Below are positions 1 through 11,578 of a stretch of DNA of 64,000 bases, one piece after another (positions within the stretch are counted from its first letter, which is position 1; the number at the start of each line of letters is the position of its first letter). The position numbers were made by a program, and so were the translations under genes. A model generated the notes under the pieces. It was given only the letters and a program-made list of their open reading frames with translations. It searched no databases and was not told the origin of the DNA. Origin of the DNA: Candidatus Portnoybacteria bacterium (GTDB lineage Bacteria; Patescibacteriota; Minisyncoccia; Portnoybacterales; GWB1-42-6); assembly GCA_016208745.1 (NCBI GenBank), contig JACQXN010000020.1, forward strand, positions 9,062 to 73,061, written 5' to 3'.

Positions 1-1
1 G

Positions 2-1438
2 ACGAGCCTGGAGGTTGCCCTTTGGAATTATCTTAAAGAAAAAAATGAGTTTGACCATAAAAAAATTCCCGAGCTTTATCCCCGTCTTTTTGAGGAGCCT
101 TTTGATAGCGAGAAAAAATATTCTATGACCATTAATCAGGTTGACGGGCATAAAATGGCTTTGATCCTGGGAGCGCCAGAAATTGTTTTGTCTTTTTGTG
201 ATATCGGAGCCGAGCAAAAAACCCAAGCTTTGGCCAAAATTGACAACTGGGCTGAGCAGGGATTAAGGGTTTTGGGCGTGGCTTTCAAGGAAAAAGAAGA
301 TTTAAGAGAAAAAATAAATTATTCCTGGGTGGGGTTGGTTGGGATTGAAGACCCGATCAGAGAATCAGCCAAAGAAACGATTTTAAAAACGCAGGAAGCG
401 GGCATAAAAATAAAAATTGTTACGGGCGACTATAACAAAACCGCCCAGAATGTTGCTAGGCGTCTTGGTTTTAAAATAAATCCGGAAAATATTATGGAGG
501 GGGCGGAGCTTGAAAAAATAAGTCAAGATGAGCTAGAACAAAAAATCGACAACATTTTTTTATTTGCCAGAGTTCTACCCCATCAGAAATTAAAAATTGT
601 TAAAGCCTTACAGGCCAAAGGAGAAACAGTCGCTATGACTGGTGACGGCGTTAATGACGCGCCAGCGCTTAAAGCGGCTGATATCGGGGTGGCAGTTGGC
701 AGTGGTTCGGAAGTGGCCAAAGAGGCTGGCGATTTGATTTTGCTTGATAATAATTTTAAAACGATTGCCGCAGCAGTAGAAGAAGGCCGGTTAATTTATG
801 CCAACATTAAAAAAGTGGTCGGTTATGTATTATCTAATTCATTTGTTGAAATTATTTTAATTTTTGGCGCGATAATGGCTGGTCTGCCTGCGCCTTTAAC
901 CATTGTCCAGATTTTATGGATTCATTTAATTTGCGATGGGCCGCCTGATATTATGCTTGGTTTTGAGCACAAAGAAAAAGGGCTCATGCAGGAAAAACCA
1001 AAAGACATAAAAAAGGACGAGATTTTATCAGGTTACATGAAATTTTTAATTTTCAGTATTAGTTTGACGGCTGGTTTGGCAGCGCTAATGTTTTTCTGGT
1101 ATTTTATGGATAAAACCGGCAATTTAGAGTTAGCCCGAACTATTGCCTTTGCCACAATTGCTACGGTGGATCTGGTCTATGTTTTTTCTTTCAAAAATCT
1201 TAAAAGTTCGCTTATCAAAGCAGGAAAATTCTTTGACAATAAATTATTGATATTGGGAGTGATATACGGTTTTATTTTGATCTTTGCTGCTATTTATTTG
1301 CCCTTTCTTAATCGGATTTTGGGGACGACGCCGATTTTGGCCTGGCATTGGTTAATTGTTTTTGGCGTGGCCTTTGGCGTTACAGCAATGATAGAAATAG
1401 TTAAAGCGCTGGCTAATAATAATGCAAACCATCATTGA
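2..1438 (+). CDS. Cation-transporting P-type ATPase, C-terminal part. The reading frame is open from window position 2, so the gene is truncated by the window edge.
   Basis: The frame is open upstream of the ORF-track start (TSLEVALWNYLKEKNEFDHKKIPELYPRLFEEPFDSEKKYSMT...), which matches the P-type ATPase EPFDSERKRM-like segment. It has the hinge motif MTGDGVNDAPALKAADIGVAVG and the C-terminal TM10 region. Confidence 0.85.
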   Translation, partial: TSLEVALWNYLKEKNEFDHKKIPELYPRLFEEPFDSEKKYSMTINQVDGHKMALILGAPEIVLSFCDIGAEQKTQALAKIDNWAEQGLRVLGVAFKEKEDLREKINYSWVGLVGIEDPIRESAKETILKTQEAGIKIKIVTGDYNKTAQNVARRLGFKINPENIMEGAELEKISQDELEQKIDNIFLFARVLPHQKLKIVKALQAKGETVAMTGDGVNDAPALKAADIGVAVGSGSEVAKEAGDLILLDNNFKTIAAAVEEGRLIYANIKKVVGYVLSNSFVEIILIFGAIMAGLPAPLTIVQILWIHLICDGPPDIMLGFEHKEKGLMQEKPKDIKKDEILSGYMKFLIFSISLTAGLAALMFFWYFMDKTGNLELARTIAFATIATVDLVYVFSFKNLKSSLIKAGKFFDNKLLILGVIYGFILIFAAIYLPFLNRILGTTPILAWHWLIVFGVAFGVTAMIEIVKALANNNANHH

Positions 1439-1495
1439 TTTTTAAAATAAAAAAAATACATCAGATAGCTATTTTATCATTAGGCAGTCAAAAAA

Positions 1496-2053
1496 ATGCC
1501 AAAGCAAAAAAATAATAATATAGTGCGGGATCTTATACTGATTACTTTAAGCGTTATTATTGCTGTTATTCTGGCTAAAACCGGAGCGCTGGAAGGCTTT
1601 TTGGCCGGCGCAAAAGAATACGGATTTTTAGGCAGTCTGATAGCGGGCATGTTTTTTGTTTCAATATTCACTGCGGCGCCAGCAGGCGTTGTTCTTTTTG
1701 AGATTGCTGCTGCTGGTTCTATGTGGGAAGTGGCGCTTTTGGGCGCAATAGGCGCCATGATCGGCGATCTTTTGATTTTCCGATTTATCAAAGTCAGAAT
1801 ATCTAAAGATGTCAGCTGGCTTATCAGAAAAACGAAACAAGAACGATTGGCCTCTATATTTAGGCTTAAGCTTTTTAGGTGGCTGGTGCCGTTTTTTGGC
1901 GCCTTGATTATTGTTTCTCCATTACCAGACGAATTAGGGCTGGCTATGATGGGGCTGTCAAAGATGAAAACAGCGATATTTATGCCAATGTCATTTGTGC
2001 TAAATTTTTTGGGGATACTGATAATTGGTTTGTTTGCCAAAGATCTGCTTTAA
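1496..2053 (+). CDS. Hypothetical polytopic membrane protein
   Basis: 185-aa ORF that is strongly hydrophobic with multiple predicted TM segments. The antisense ORF 1480..2040 is less plausible. Confidence 0.45.
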   Translation: MPKQKNNNIVRDLILITLSVIIAVILAKTGALEGFLAGAKEYGFLGSLIAGMFFVSIFTAAPAGVVLFEIAAAGSMWEVALLGAIGAMIGDLLIFRFIKVRISKDVSWLIRKTKQERLASIFRLKLFRWLVPFFGALIIVSPLPDELGLAMMGLSKMKTAIFMPMSFVLNFLGILIIGLFAKDLL

Positions 2054-2077
2054 TTTTCTCTGTTGATAACTTTCCCC

Positions 2078-2106
2078 TTGACAAGCTTTTTGGATTTTAT
2101 ATAATA
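2078..2106 (+). promoter_or_regulatory. Sigma70-like promoter, TTGACA-17-ATAATA
   Basis: TTGACA at 2078-2083, a 17-nt spacer, then ATAATA at 2101-2106. Read directly from the sequence. Confidence 0.4.
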
Positions 2107-2329
2107 GAAGTAGTTAGATTCTTTCTAACATCAAAAAAAGCGACACCTTAGTGTCAAAAATCATATAGCTCTTTCTCCATCAACCCATTCAAAAGCCCAT
2201 ACCTCGGTATGGGCTTCAATCTTTTTACAGATCTTTATAGTTATTTTTTGTTTGTAGTTTTCAAAGTTTATTACAACGTTGTTATATTGTTGCATTGAAT
2301 TTAACCCGGCATCCAGAAAAACAAATCTG

Positions 2330-2412
2330 GATTCCGGCTGGAGTTTACCCTCGATCTGGATTCCTGCTTTCGCAGGAATAACAGAGTCGGGGCGGGAATG
2401 ACAGAAAGGGGA
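2330..2412. mobile_element. Degenerate copy of the TGTCATTCCCGC-TIR MITE family
   Basis: ATCTGGATTCCTGCTTTCGCAGGAATAACAGAG...CGGGAATGACAGAA. The stem CTGC/GCAG replaces CCGC/GCGG, a compensatory change. Track ORF 2161..2514(-) overlaps it and is probably spurious. Confidence 0.45.
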
Positions 2413-2493
2413 AGCATTCTGCAGAGCCTTATCATAACGATTGCTGACGCTATTTAATCGCCATCTGGGCGGTTTTTTGTTAGAATAAAATAT

Positions 2494-3177
2494 ATGACCC
2501 AGTTGTCTTATCAATATGCCTATATTATTGCCTGTTTAATCCTCCTTATTTTTTGGCTCTTTATATTTCTAAAACGCAAGGATTTGCGAAAAGAAATGAT
2601 TTGGGCAAGTTTAGCTGGCCTGCCCTTTGGTTTTATTGACTGGTTTTTGGTGCCAGTTTATTGGCATCCAGAATCTCTGTTTGATTTAATAAAAAAATAC
2701 GGTGTGGGGATTGAGAGCTTTGTTTTCTTTTTCGCCATGGCCGGCATTGCGGCGGTGGCTTATGAATTTACTGAAAAAAGAAAGATAAAAAGGATAGGCC
2801 GGAGTAAAAAATTGCATCTTCTGCCTTTTTTTCTGGCTTTGGTTTCCTTTCTGATATTAACCATCGCTTCTCCTGAAAAAGCGGTTTATAATCTTATGGC
2901 TTCTGGCGCTATTGGCACTTTTTTAATAATTTTTTTCCGCCGCGATCTTTTAGAGCAGATTTTGGGGAGTGCTTTTATTTTTAGCTTTTTTTATTTTGTC
3001 GCCCTGTTTTTGGTCGGTCGGATTTTTAACGGGGTGATTGAAAGTTTCTATAACCTTTCAAGCATTTGGGGGATATTTATTGCCGGCGTGCCGCTGGAAG
3101 AAATATTGGTGGCATTTTTTGCCGGCGCTTTTTGGTCATGTGCCTATGAATACGCCAAGTCGTATCAAGAAAGATAA
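2494..3177 (+). CDS. Membrane protein, possibly lycopene-cyclase-domain (CrtYcd-like) family
   Basis: 227 aa with two internally similar hydrophobic halves. This resembles lycopene cyclase domain proteins that are common in small genomes. It is a weak family call. Confidence 0.4.
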   Translation: MTQLSYQYAYIIACLILLIFWLFIFLKRKDLRKEMIWASLAGLPFGFIDWFLVPVYWHPESLFDLIKKYGVGIESFVFFFAMAGIAAVAYEFTEKRKIKRIGRSKKLHLLPFFLALVSFLILTIASPEKAVYNLMASGAIGTFLIIFFRRDLLEQILGSAFIFSFFYFVALFLVGRIFNGVIESFYNLSSIWGIFIAGVPLEEILVAFFAGAFWSCAYEYAKSYQER

Positions 3178-3268
3178 TTAAGCCAGTTTAGCTATTATAG
3201 AACTCCCTGTCTATAAAACCCAAGGCATTATTTTAGAAAAGACCGATCTTTCGCCAACTGATCGGCTT

Positions 3269-3805
3269 TTGACTATTTACACTAAAAGCTTTGGCAAAAT
3301 TTTAGTTAGAGCCAAGGGGGTTGGCAAAAAAGAATCAAAGCTTAAATCTTTTCTGGAGCCGTTTAATTTATGCGAATTTTTACTGGCCAGAAGCAAAACC
3401 ATTGATGTTTTAACTGGCGTTGAATGTTTAAAAGAATTTATTCATTTGCGAAGCAATCTTGAGTCTCTGGCGCTCGCTTTTTATTTTTCGGAACTGATTG
3501 ATAAATTAGTTGTGGCGCCAGAACGAGATGAAAAAATTTGGACGTTATTGACAAGGGCGATGGAGGCGTTGGAAAAAGCATCATCCACAGAAGCAGAGCC
3601 AAAATTTTACCCTTCGACAAGCTCAGGGAATAAAATTTTAGCTCCAGGTTTACTCAAATTAAAATCAGCTTTTGAGGAAAAGCTGATTGAGTTTCTGGGA
3701 TATAAAATTGAAAAACCAAAAGATAATTTACGCTATATTCAATCTTTGGCTGGCGAAGAAATAAAATCAGCTAGATTTTTAAGGTCATTAAGTTTAAGCA
3801 AATAA
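3269..3805 (+). CDS. recO: DNA repair protein RecO. The true start is probably upstream, near 3182-3230, with a non-canonical start codon.
   Basis: The N-terminal OB-fold-like sequence continues in frame upstream of the TTG at 3269 (ASLAIIELPVYKTQGIILEKTDLSPTDRLLTIYTKSFGKI...), typical of a RecO N-terminus. No ATG, GTG or TTG lies between the upstream in-frame TAA (3179-3181) and 3269. Confidence 0.65.
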   Translation: MTIYTKSFGKILVRAKGVGKKESKLKSFLEPFNLCEFLLARSKTIDVLTGVECLKEFIHLRSNLESLALAFYFSELIDKLVVAPERDEKIWTLLTRAMEALEKASSTEAEPKFYPSTSSGNKILAPGLLKLKSAFEEKLIEFLGYKIEKPKDNLRYIQSLAGEEIKSARFLRSLSLSK

Positions 3806-5037
3806 GTCTCTTGGGCGTTTCTGGCTTTTAGTTCCATTGAGCTTTTGTCTAACGATTTTTGCGAAATAACAATTCGCCAAGGAATGCCGATTAAATCCGC
3901 TTCAGCAAATTTTTTGCCGGCAGTGGCGTCTCGGTCGTCATATAAAACAGCATATCCGCGGCTTATCAGTTTTTCATAAAGGGCCTCCGCCTCTTTTTTT
4001 ATTTTTTCATCTTCACCTAAAGCTAGAAGATGAATATCAAATGGCGCGACTTCTTTGGGCCAAATAAGGCCTTTTTCATCGTGCCAGACTTCGGCTATGG
4101 CGCCCATGATTCTGGCTGGGCCCATGCCATAGCAACCCATAATGACTAATTTCTCTTGGCCGTCTTTGTCGCGGAATTTTAAATCAAACGGCTCGGAATA
4201 CTTTGTTTTTAGTTTAAAGATATTGGCGATTTCAACGGCTTTGACTTCTTTGAAATCATTACTGCCGCAGTCAGGGCAAGTTGGATTTTCTGGTTTTATT
4301 TCTTCATTAATTGCTAAGTCGCATTGCTGGCAAATATGGATTTTATCCTCGCCGCCTTCGGTTATGGTTTGGAATTCATGGGAATATTTGGAAAAACTGC
4401 CGCCCGAAGCCGCAGTTAAATAAGTTTGTTCATCTAATCCGCAGCGCTCAATGATTTTAAAATAAGCATCGGTTATTTTTTCGTAATAGCTATCAAGGTC
4501 TTTTTCGTCGGCATGAAAGGAATAAAGATCTTTCATGGAAAATTCGCGGGTGCGCAAGAGGCCGGATTTGGCGCGGATTTCATTGCGGAATTTGGTTTGA
4601 ATCTGAAAAATATATAGCGGGAGATCCTTGTAAGATAAAATAAATTTTTGCGCCAAAGGCACAACAATTTCTTCGTGTGTCGCGCCAAGCGCATATTCTT
4701 TTTCATCAGCCCCTTTTATTTTAAAAAGCGCATCAAAATTCTCCCAGCGGCCGGTTTTCTGCCAGTTTTCTTTGGGGTTTAACGCCGGCATCAAAATTTC
4801 TTGTCCGTCAACCGCAACCATTTCCTCACGGACAATGTTTTCTATTTTCCGCAAAACTTTCAAGCCCAGTGGCAGAAAAGAAAAAATTCCAGCTGAAAGC
4901 TTGTCAATAAAACCGCCCCGCGTTAGCAATTTGGCATTGACGCTTATTTCGTCTTTGGGCGCCTCTTTTTGAGTTTTGGTAAAAAGTTGCGATTGATGCA
5001 TTAACTTTAGTATAATAGCTGAAAGTCTATTTTGCAA
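3739..5037 (-). CDS. proS: Prolyl-tRNA synthetase, archaeal/eukaryal-like short form without an editing insertion. It starts with TTG.
   Basis: Class II aaRS motifs (LTRGGFIDKLSAGIFSFLPLGLKV, REFSMKDLYSFH) and a Cys cluster CQQCD...CPDCG. It is 432 aa. Its 3' end overlaps the recO 3' end by about 67 bp. Confidence 0.85.
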   Translation of the reverse strand: MQNRLSAIILKLMHQSQLFTKTQKEAPKDEISVNAKLLTRGGFIDKLSAGIFSFLPLGLKVLRKIENIVREEMVAVDGQEILMPALNPKENWQKTGRWENFDALFKIKGADEKEYALGATHEEIVVPLAQKFILSYKDLPLYIFQIQTKFRNEIRAKSGLLRTREFSMKDLYSFHADEKDLDSYYEKITDAYFKIIERCGLDEQTYLTAASGGSFSKYSHEFQTITEGGEDKIHICQQCDLAINEEIKPENPTCPDCGSNDFKEVKAVEIANIFKLKTKYSEPFDLKFRDKDGQEKLVIMGCYGMGPARIMGAIAEVWHDEKGLIWPKEVAPFDIHLLALGEDEKIKKEAEALYEKLISRGYAVLYDDRDATAGKKFAEADLIGIPWRIVISQKSLDKSSMELKARNAQETYLLKLNDLKNLADFISSPAKD

Positions 5038-5097
5038 TAATCCGATTTTATTGTAGAATACAGAAAGGAGGGTTTTTAGTTTTAAACTTCTAATAAT

Positions 5098-8275
<3,178 letters not shown>

Positions 8276-8483
8276 TTCTTATTATTGGTATTTATACGAA
8301 ATAAAAAAGCGCCGTTTTATTAGCGCTTAAAGAGATGGGCGCGACAGAGAAAGGAAAGGAGAAATAGTTTTTTGCAGTTGGGGCCGGTTTCCCCTTCTGC
8401 AAAATCCTACCCTGTCGCGCCCGGCAAATTGGAAATTAGAAATTAGGGTACTATATTGCAATAATAGGTTAACTCAAATAACT

Positions 8484-8512
8484 TGTCAAGAGACAGGCGA
8501 AATATTATACTA
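8484..8512 (+). promoter_or_regulatory. Sigma70-like promoter, TTGTCA-17-TATACT, upstream of glyQS
   Basis: TTGTCA at 8484-8489, a 17-nt spacer, then TATACT at 8507-8512. Confidence 0.4.
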
Positions 8513-8654
8513 AGTTTAGTTATCGTAGCAGATTTTTACGTTTTTTGATTATTTAACTTTCAACCATGCAAGAAAACAATCTTATGGATAAAATAGTGAG
8601 TCTTTGTAAAAGGCGGGCCGCCCCTTTGGCGAGCCTCGCCTGACTTTTTAACAT

Positions 8655-9968
8655 ATGAAAGAAAATAATACAAACAATCAATCTGTGATGGATAAAATAG
8701 TAAGTTTATGCAAAAGGCGGGGTTTTATTTTTCCGGGTTCGGAAATTTATGGCGGTTTGGCCAATACTTATGATTATGGTCCGCTTGGCGTTGAACTTAA
8801 AAATAATATCAAGAATCTTTGGTGGAAATATTTTGTTCAGACTCGAGATGACATGGTTGGTTTGGACGGCGGGATAATTTCTAATGCCAAAATATGGGAA
8901 GCTTCAGGCCATATTAAAAATTTTAAAGACCCATTGGTAGAATGCAAAAAATGTCATCATCGCTTCCGGCCTGATAAATTAATAGATCCTTCAAAATGTC
9001 CTGACTGCGGCGGAGAATTTACCGAATCAAAAATGTTTAGCGGTTTATTCAAAACAACCATTGGGCCAGTTGAAGAAGAAGGAGAAATTGCTTATTTGCG
9101 GCCTGAAACCGCCCAGAATATGTTTGTGAATTTTAAAAATATTCTTGATTCATCGGGCAAAAAATTGCCGTTTGGCATTGGGCAAATGGGCAAGGCGTTT
9201 CGCAACGAAATAACGACCGGCAATTTTATTTTTCGGACTTTAGAATTTGAGCAAATGGAAATAGAATATTTCATTGCGCCCCAAAGCGATTGGAATAAAA
9301 TTTTTGAAAGTTGGCTGGAATATATTTATGGCTACGCTGATTTAATCGGGCTGGCGCGCGATAATTTCTTTAACCACGAAATTCCGGATGAAGAACGCGC
9401 TTTTTATTCCAAAAGAACAATTGACATAGAATATAAATTTCCTTTCGGCCAAGATGAACTTTGGGCAATTGCCTATCGGACAGATTATGATTTATCAGCG
9501 CATCAAAAAGCATCAAGCAGGAATCTTGAATATTTTGATGAAGAAACTAAGAAAAGATTTATTCCCCATGTGATTGAGCCGACTTTTGGCGTTGATAGAA
9601 CACTACTAGCTCTTTTATCAGAAAGTTACAGCGAAGAAGAAGGTAGAGTTGTTCTAAAGTTAAATCCTAAAGTCGCGCCATATAAAGCGGCGATATTTCC
9701 ATTATTGGCCAATAAGCCGCAATTGGTTGAGTCGGCACGTAAAATTTATGAGGATTTGCGGAAAGAATTTAATGTGGCTTTTGACGATCGCGGCAATATT
9801 GGCAAGCGTTATTTTTCTCAAGATGAAATCGGAACGCCTTTTTGTATTACAATTGATTTTGATAGCCTAGAGAAAAGCGATGTCACAGTACGCGATAGAG
9901 ATACAATGAAGCAGGAAAGGATTAAGATAGAGGACTTGAAGAGTTATTTTGAGAAGAAGCTGAATTAA
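8655..9968 (+). CDS. glyQS: Glycyl-tRNA synthetase, dimeric archaeal/eukaryal-type
   Basis: The N-terminus DKIVSLCKRRGFIFPGSEIYGGLANTYDYGPLG is diagnostic of alpha2 GlyRS, and class II motifs are present. Confidence 0.9.
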   Translation: MKENNTNNQSVMDKIVSLCKRRGFIFPGSEIYGGLANTYDYGPLGVELKNNIKNLWWKYFVQTRDDMVGLDGGIISNAKIWEASGHIKNFKDPLVECKKCHHRFRPDKLIDPSKCPDCGGEFTESKMFSGLFKTTIGPVEEEGEIAYLRPETAQNMFVNFKNILDSSGKKLPFGIGQMGKAFRNEITTGNFIFRTLEFEQMEIEYFIAPQSDWNKIFESWLEYIYGYADLIGLARDNFFNHEIPDEERAFYSKRTIDIEYKFPFGQDELWAIAYRTDYDLSAHQKASSRNLEYFDEETKKRFIPHVIEPTFGVDRTLLALLSESYSEEEGRVVLKLNPKVAPYKAAIFPLLANKPQLVESARKIYEDLRKEFNVAFDDRGNIGKRYFSQDEIGTPFCITIDFDSLEKSDVTVRDRDTMKQERIKIEDLKSYFEKKLN

Positions 9969-9978
9969 TTTTCTTTAA

Positions 9979-10168
9979 GCCACTTTTTGTGCCGACAAAA
10001 AGTGGCCAAAAAACTCTCGCCACGCGTAAAAAATAAAGAAAAATCGGGCTCGCTTCGCTAAATTTGCTATGCCCAGCGCTTCGCGCTGACAACCACAACA
10101 CGCAAATTTTTAACGCTCGGCTCGTCTCGATTTTCTAGTTATTTTTTCGCGATGGCGAATAAATTTTA
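9979..10168 (+). repeat. Copy 1 of a ~190-bp structured intergenic repeat, glyQS to M16 peptidase
   Basis: A 5' hairpin CCACTTTTTGTGCCGACAAAAAGTGG, conserved blocks AAAAAACTCTCGCCA, ATCGGGCTCGCTTCGCTAAATTTGCTATGC and ACGCAAATTTTTAACGCTCGGCTCG, and a variable apical hairpin. Confidence 0.65.
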
Positions 10169-10172
10169 GGCC

Positions 10173-11441
10173 ATGTTTAAAAAATATACTTTACCAAATG
10201 GTTTGAGAATTATTACGGCGCCGATTGAAGGAAGTAAATCGGTGACGGTTTTAGTTTTGGTTGGAACCGGCTCAAAATATGAGACAAAAGAGAATAATGG
10301 CTTATCTCATTTTTTAGAACACATGTTTTTTAAGGGGACAAAAAAGCGGCCGACCACCTTGGAAATTTCTTCTGATTTAGACGCGGTTGGCGGATCATAC
10401 AATGCCTTTACTTCAAAAGAGATGACTGGTTATTGGGCTAAGGTTGATGCTTCCCATTTTGATCTGGCGCTTGATTGGGTCTCAGATATATTTTTAAATT
10501 CAAAATTAGAAGAAGAAGAAATTGAGCGGGAAAAAGGCGTGATTTTGGAAGAAGTTAATATGTATTTGGATACGCCAATGACCGATATCTGGCATATTTG
10601 GGAGAAACTTTTATACGGCGATCAGCCAGCCGGTTGGCTGACGCTTGGCGAAAGAGAAATTATAAAATCAATGCGGCGCGAGCAGTTTTTGCAGTATCTT
10701 AAAAATCAATATGTCGCTAAAAACACAATGGTCGTTGTGGCCGGAAGCGAAAAAATAATTCAAAATTCAAAATCTAAAATTCAAAATTGTTTCAAAGATA
10801 TAAGAAAAGGGAGTTTTAAAAATAAACAAAAGGCCGTTGAGAAACAAAAAACACCGCAGGTTTTAATCCGTTTTAAAGAAACCGACCAGACACATTTAGT
10901 TTTGGGCGGGCGAAGTTATGATATTTTTCATAGAGACAGATTTGCTGCGGCTCTTTTAAATACGATCCTTGGCGGCTATATGAGTTCGCGTTTATGGATT
11001 GAAATTAGGGAGCGCCGGGGTCTAGCTTATTATGTCCGTTCAATCAATGAGACATATACTGACACAGGATATTTAGTGGCCAACGCCGGGCTTGATATTT
11101 CAAGAATCGACGAAGCGATAAAGGTTATTTTGGGAGAATTTAAAAAAATTAAAGAAGAGAAAGTTCCCGATAAGGAGCTTAAGAAAGCTAAAGATCATAT
11201 TAGGGGCGCGACTTTATTGGCTTTGGAATCATCTGATGAAATGGCCTCATATTTGGGCATGCAAGAAGTGATCAAAAAACAAATCTTGACACCAGAGCAA
11301 TTTTTCAGTAAAATAGAGAAAGTAACTCCTAATGATTTACAGCGAGTGGCTAAAGAAATTTTCCGACCTGAAAAATTAAATTTGGCCTTAATCGGGCCAT
11401 TTAAAGATAAGCAGAAGTTTGAGCGGTTGATTAAGATCTAA
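10173..11441 (+). CDS. M16 family zinc peptidase (insulinase-like)
   Basis: It has the inverted zinc motif HFLEHMFFKGT and the N-terminus MFKKYTLPNGLRII typical of M16B. Confidence 0.8.
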   Translation: MFKKYTLPNGLRIITAPIEGSKSVTVLVLVGTGSKYETKENNGLSHFLEHMFFKGTKKRPTTLEISSDLDAVGGSYNAFTSKEMTGYWAKVDASHFDLALDWVSDIFLNSKLEEEEIEREKGVILEEVNMYLDTPMTDIWHIWEKLLYGDQPAGWLTLGEREIIKSMRREQFLQYLKNQYVAKNTMVVVAGSEKIIQNSKSKIQNCFKDIRKGSFKNKQKAVEKQKTPQVLIRFKETDQTHLVLGGRSYDIFHRDRFAAALLNTILGGYMSSRLWIEIRERRGLAYYVRSINETYTDTGYLVANAGLDISRIDEAIKVILGEFKKIKEEKVPDKELKKAKDHIRGATLLALESSDEMASYLGMQEVIKKQILTPEQFFSKIEKVTPNDLQRVAKEIFRPEKLNLALIGPFKDKQKFERLIKI

Positions 11442-11578
11442 AAAGTAGCGTAAAATTGTTCGGTAGAAATAATCATATTTTTCCGCACGCCTCTGTTATA
11501 TTGGCGCTCGCGCCAAAATCAATGAACCCACGGCCAGCCCGATGCAGAAAAATATGATTATTTCCACGCCTTAAAGCG

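Noticed and set aside
1480-2040. 186-aa ORF on the - strand antisense to the membrane-protein gene
   Set aside because: The + strand ORF 1496..2053 has a coherent multi-TM hydrophobic profile. The antisense frame is probably a by-product of codon composition.
2161-2514. 117-aa - strand ORF containing the peptide VIPAKAGIQ
   Set aside because: It spans a TGTCATTCCCGC-family MITE (peptides such as VIPAKAGIQ and RFRGNDK are classic translations of such palindromic repeats). It also overlaps a + strand promoter and terminator and the start of the 2494 gene.
8337-8654. T-box riboswitch upstream of glyQS
   Set aside because: No T-box consensus (AATTAGGGTGGNACCGCG) or specifier-loop architecture is present. 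The structure is described instead as a uORF plus hairpin leader.
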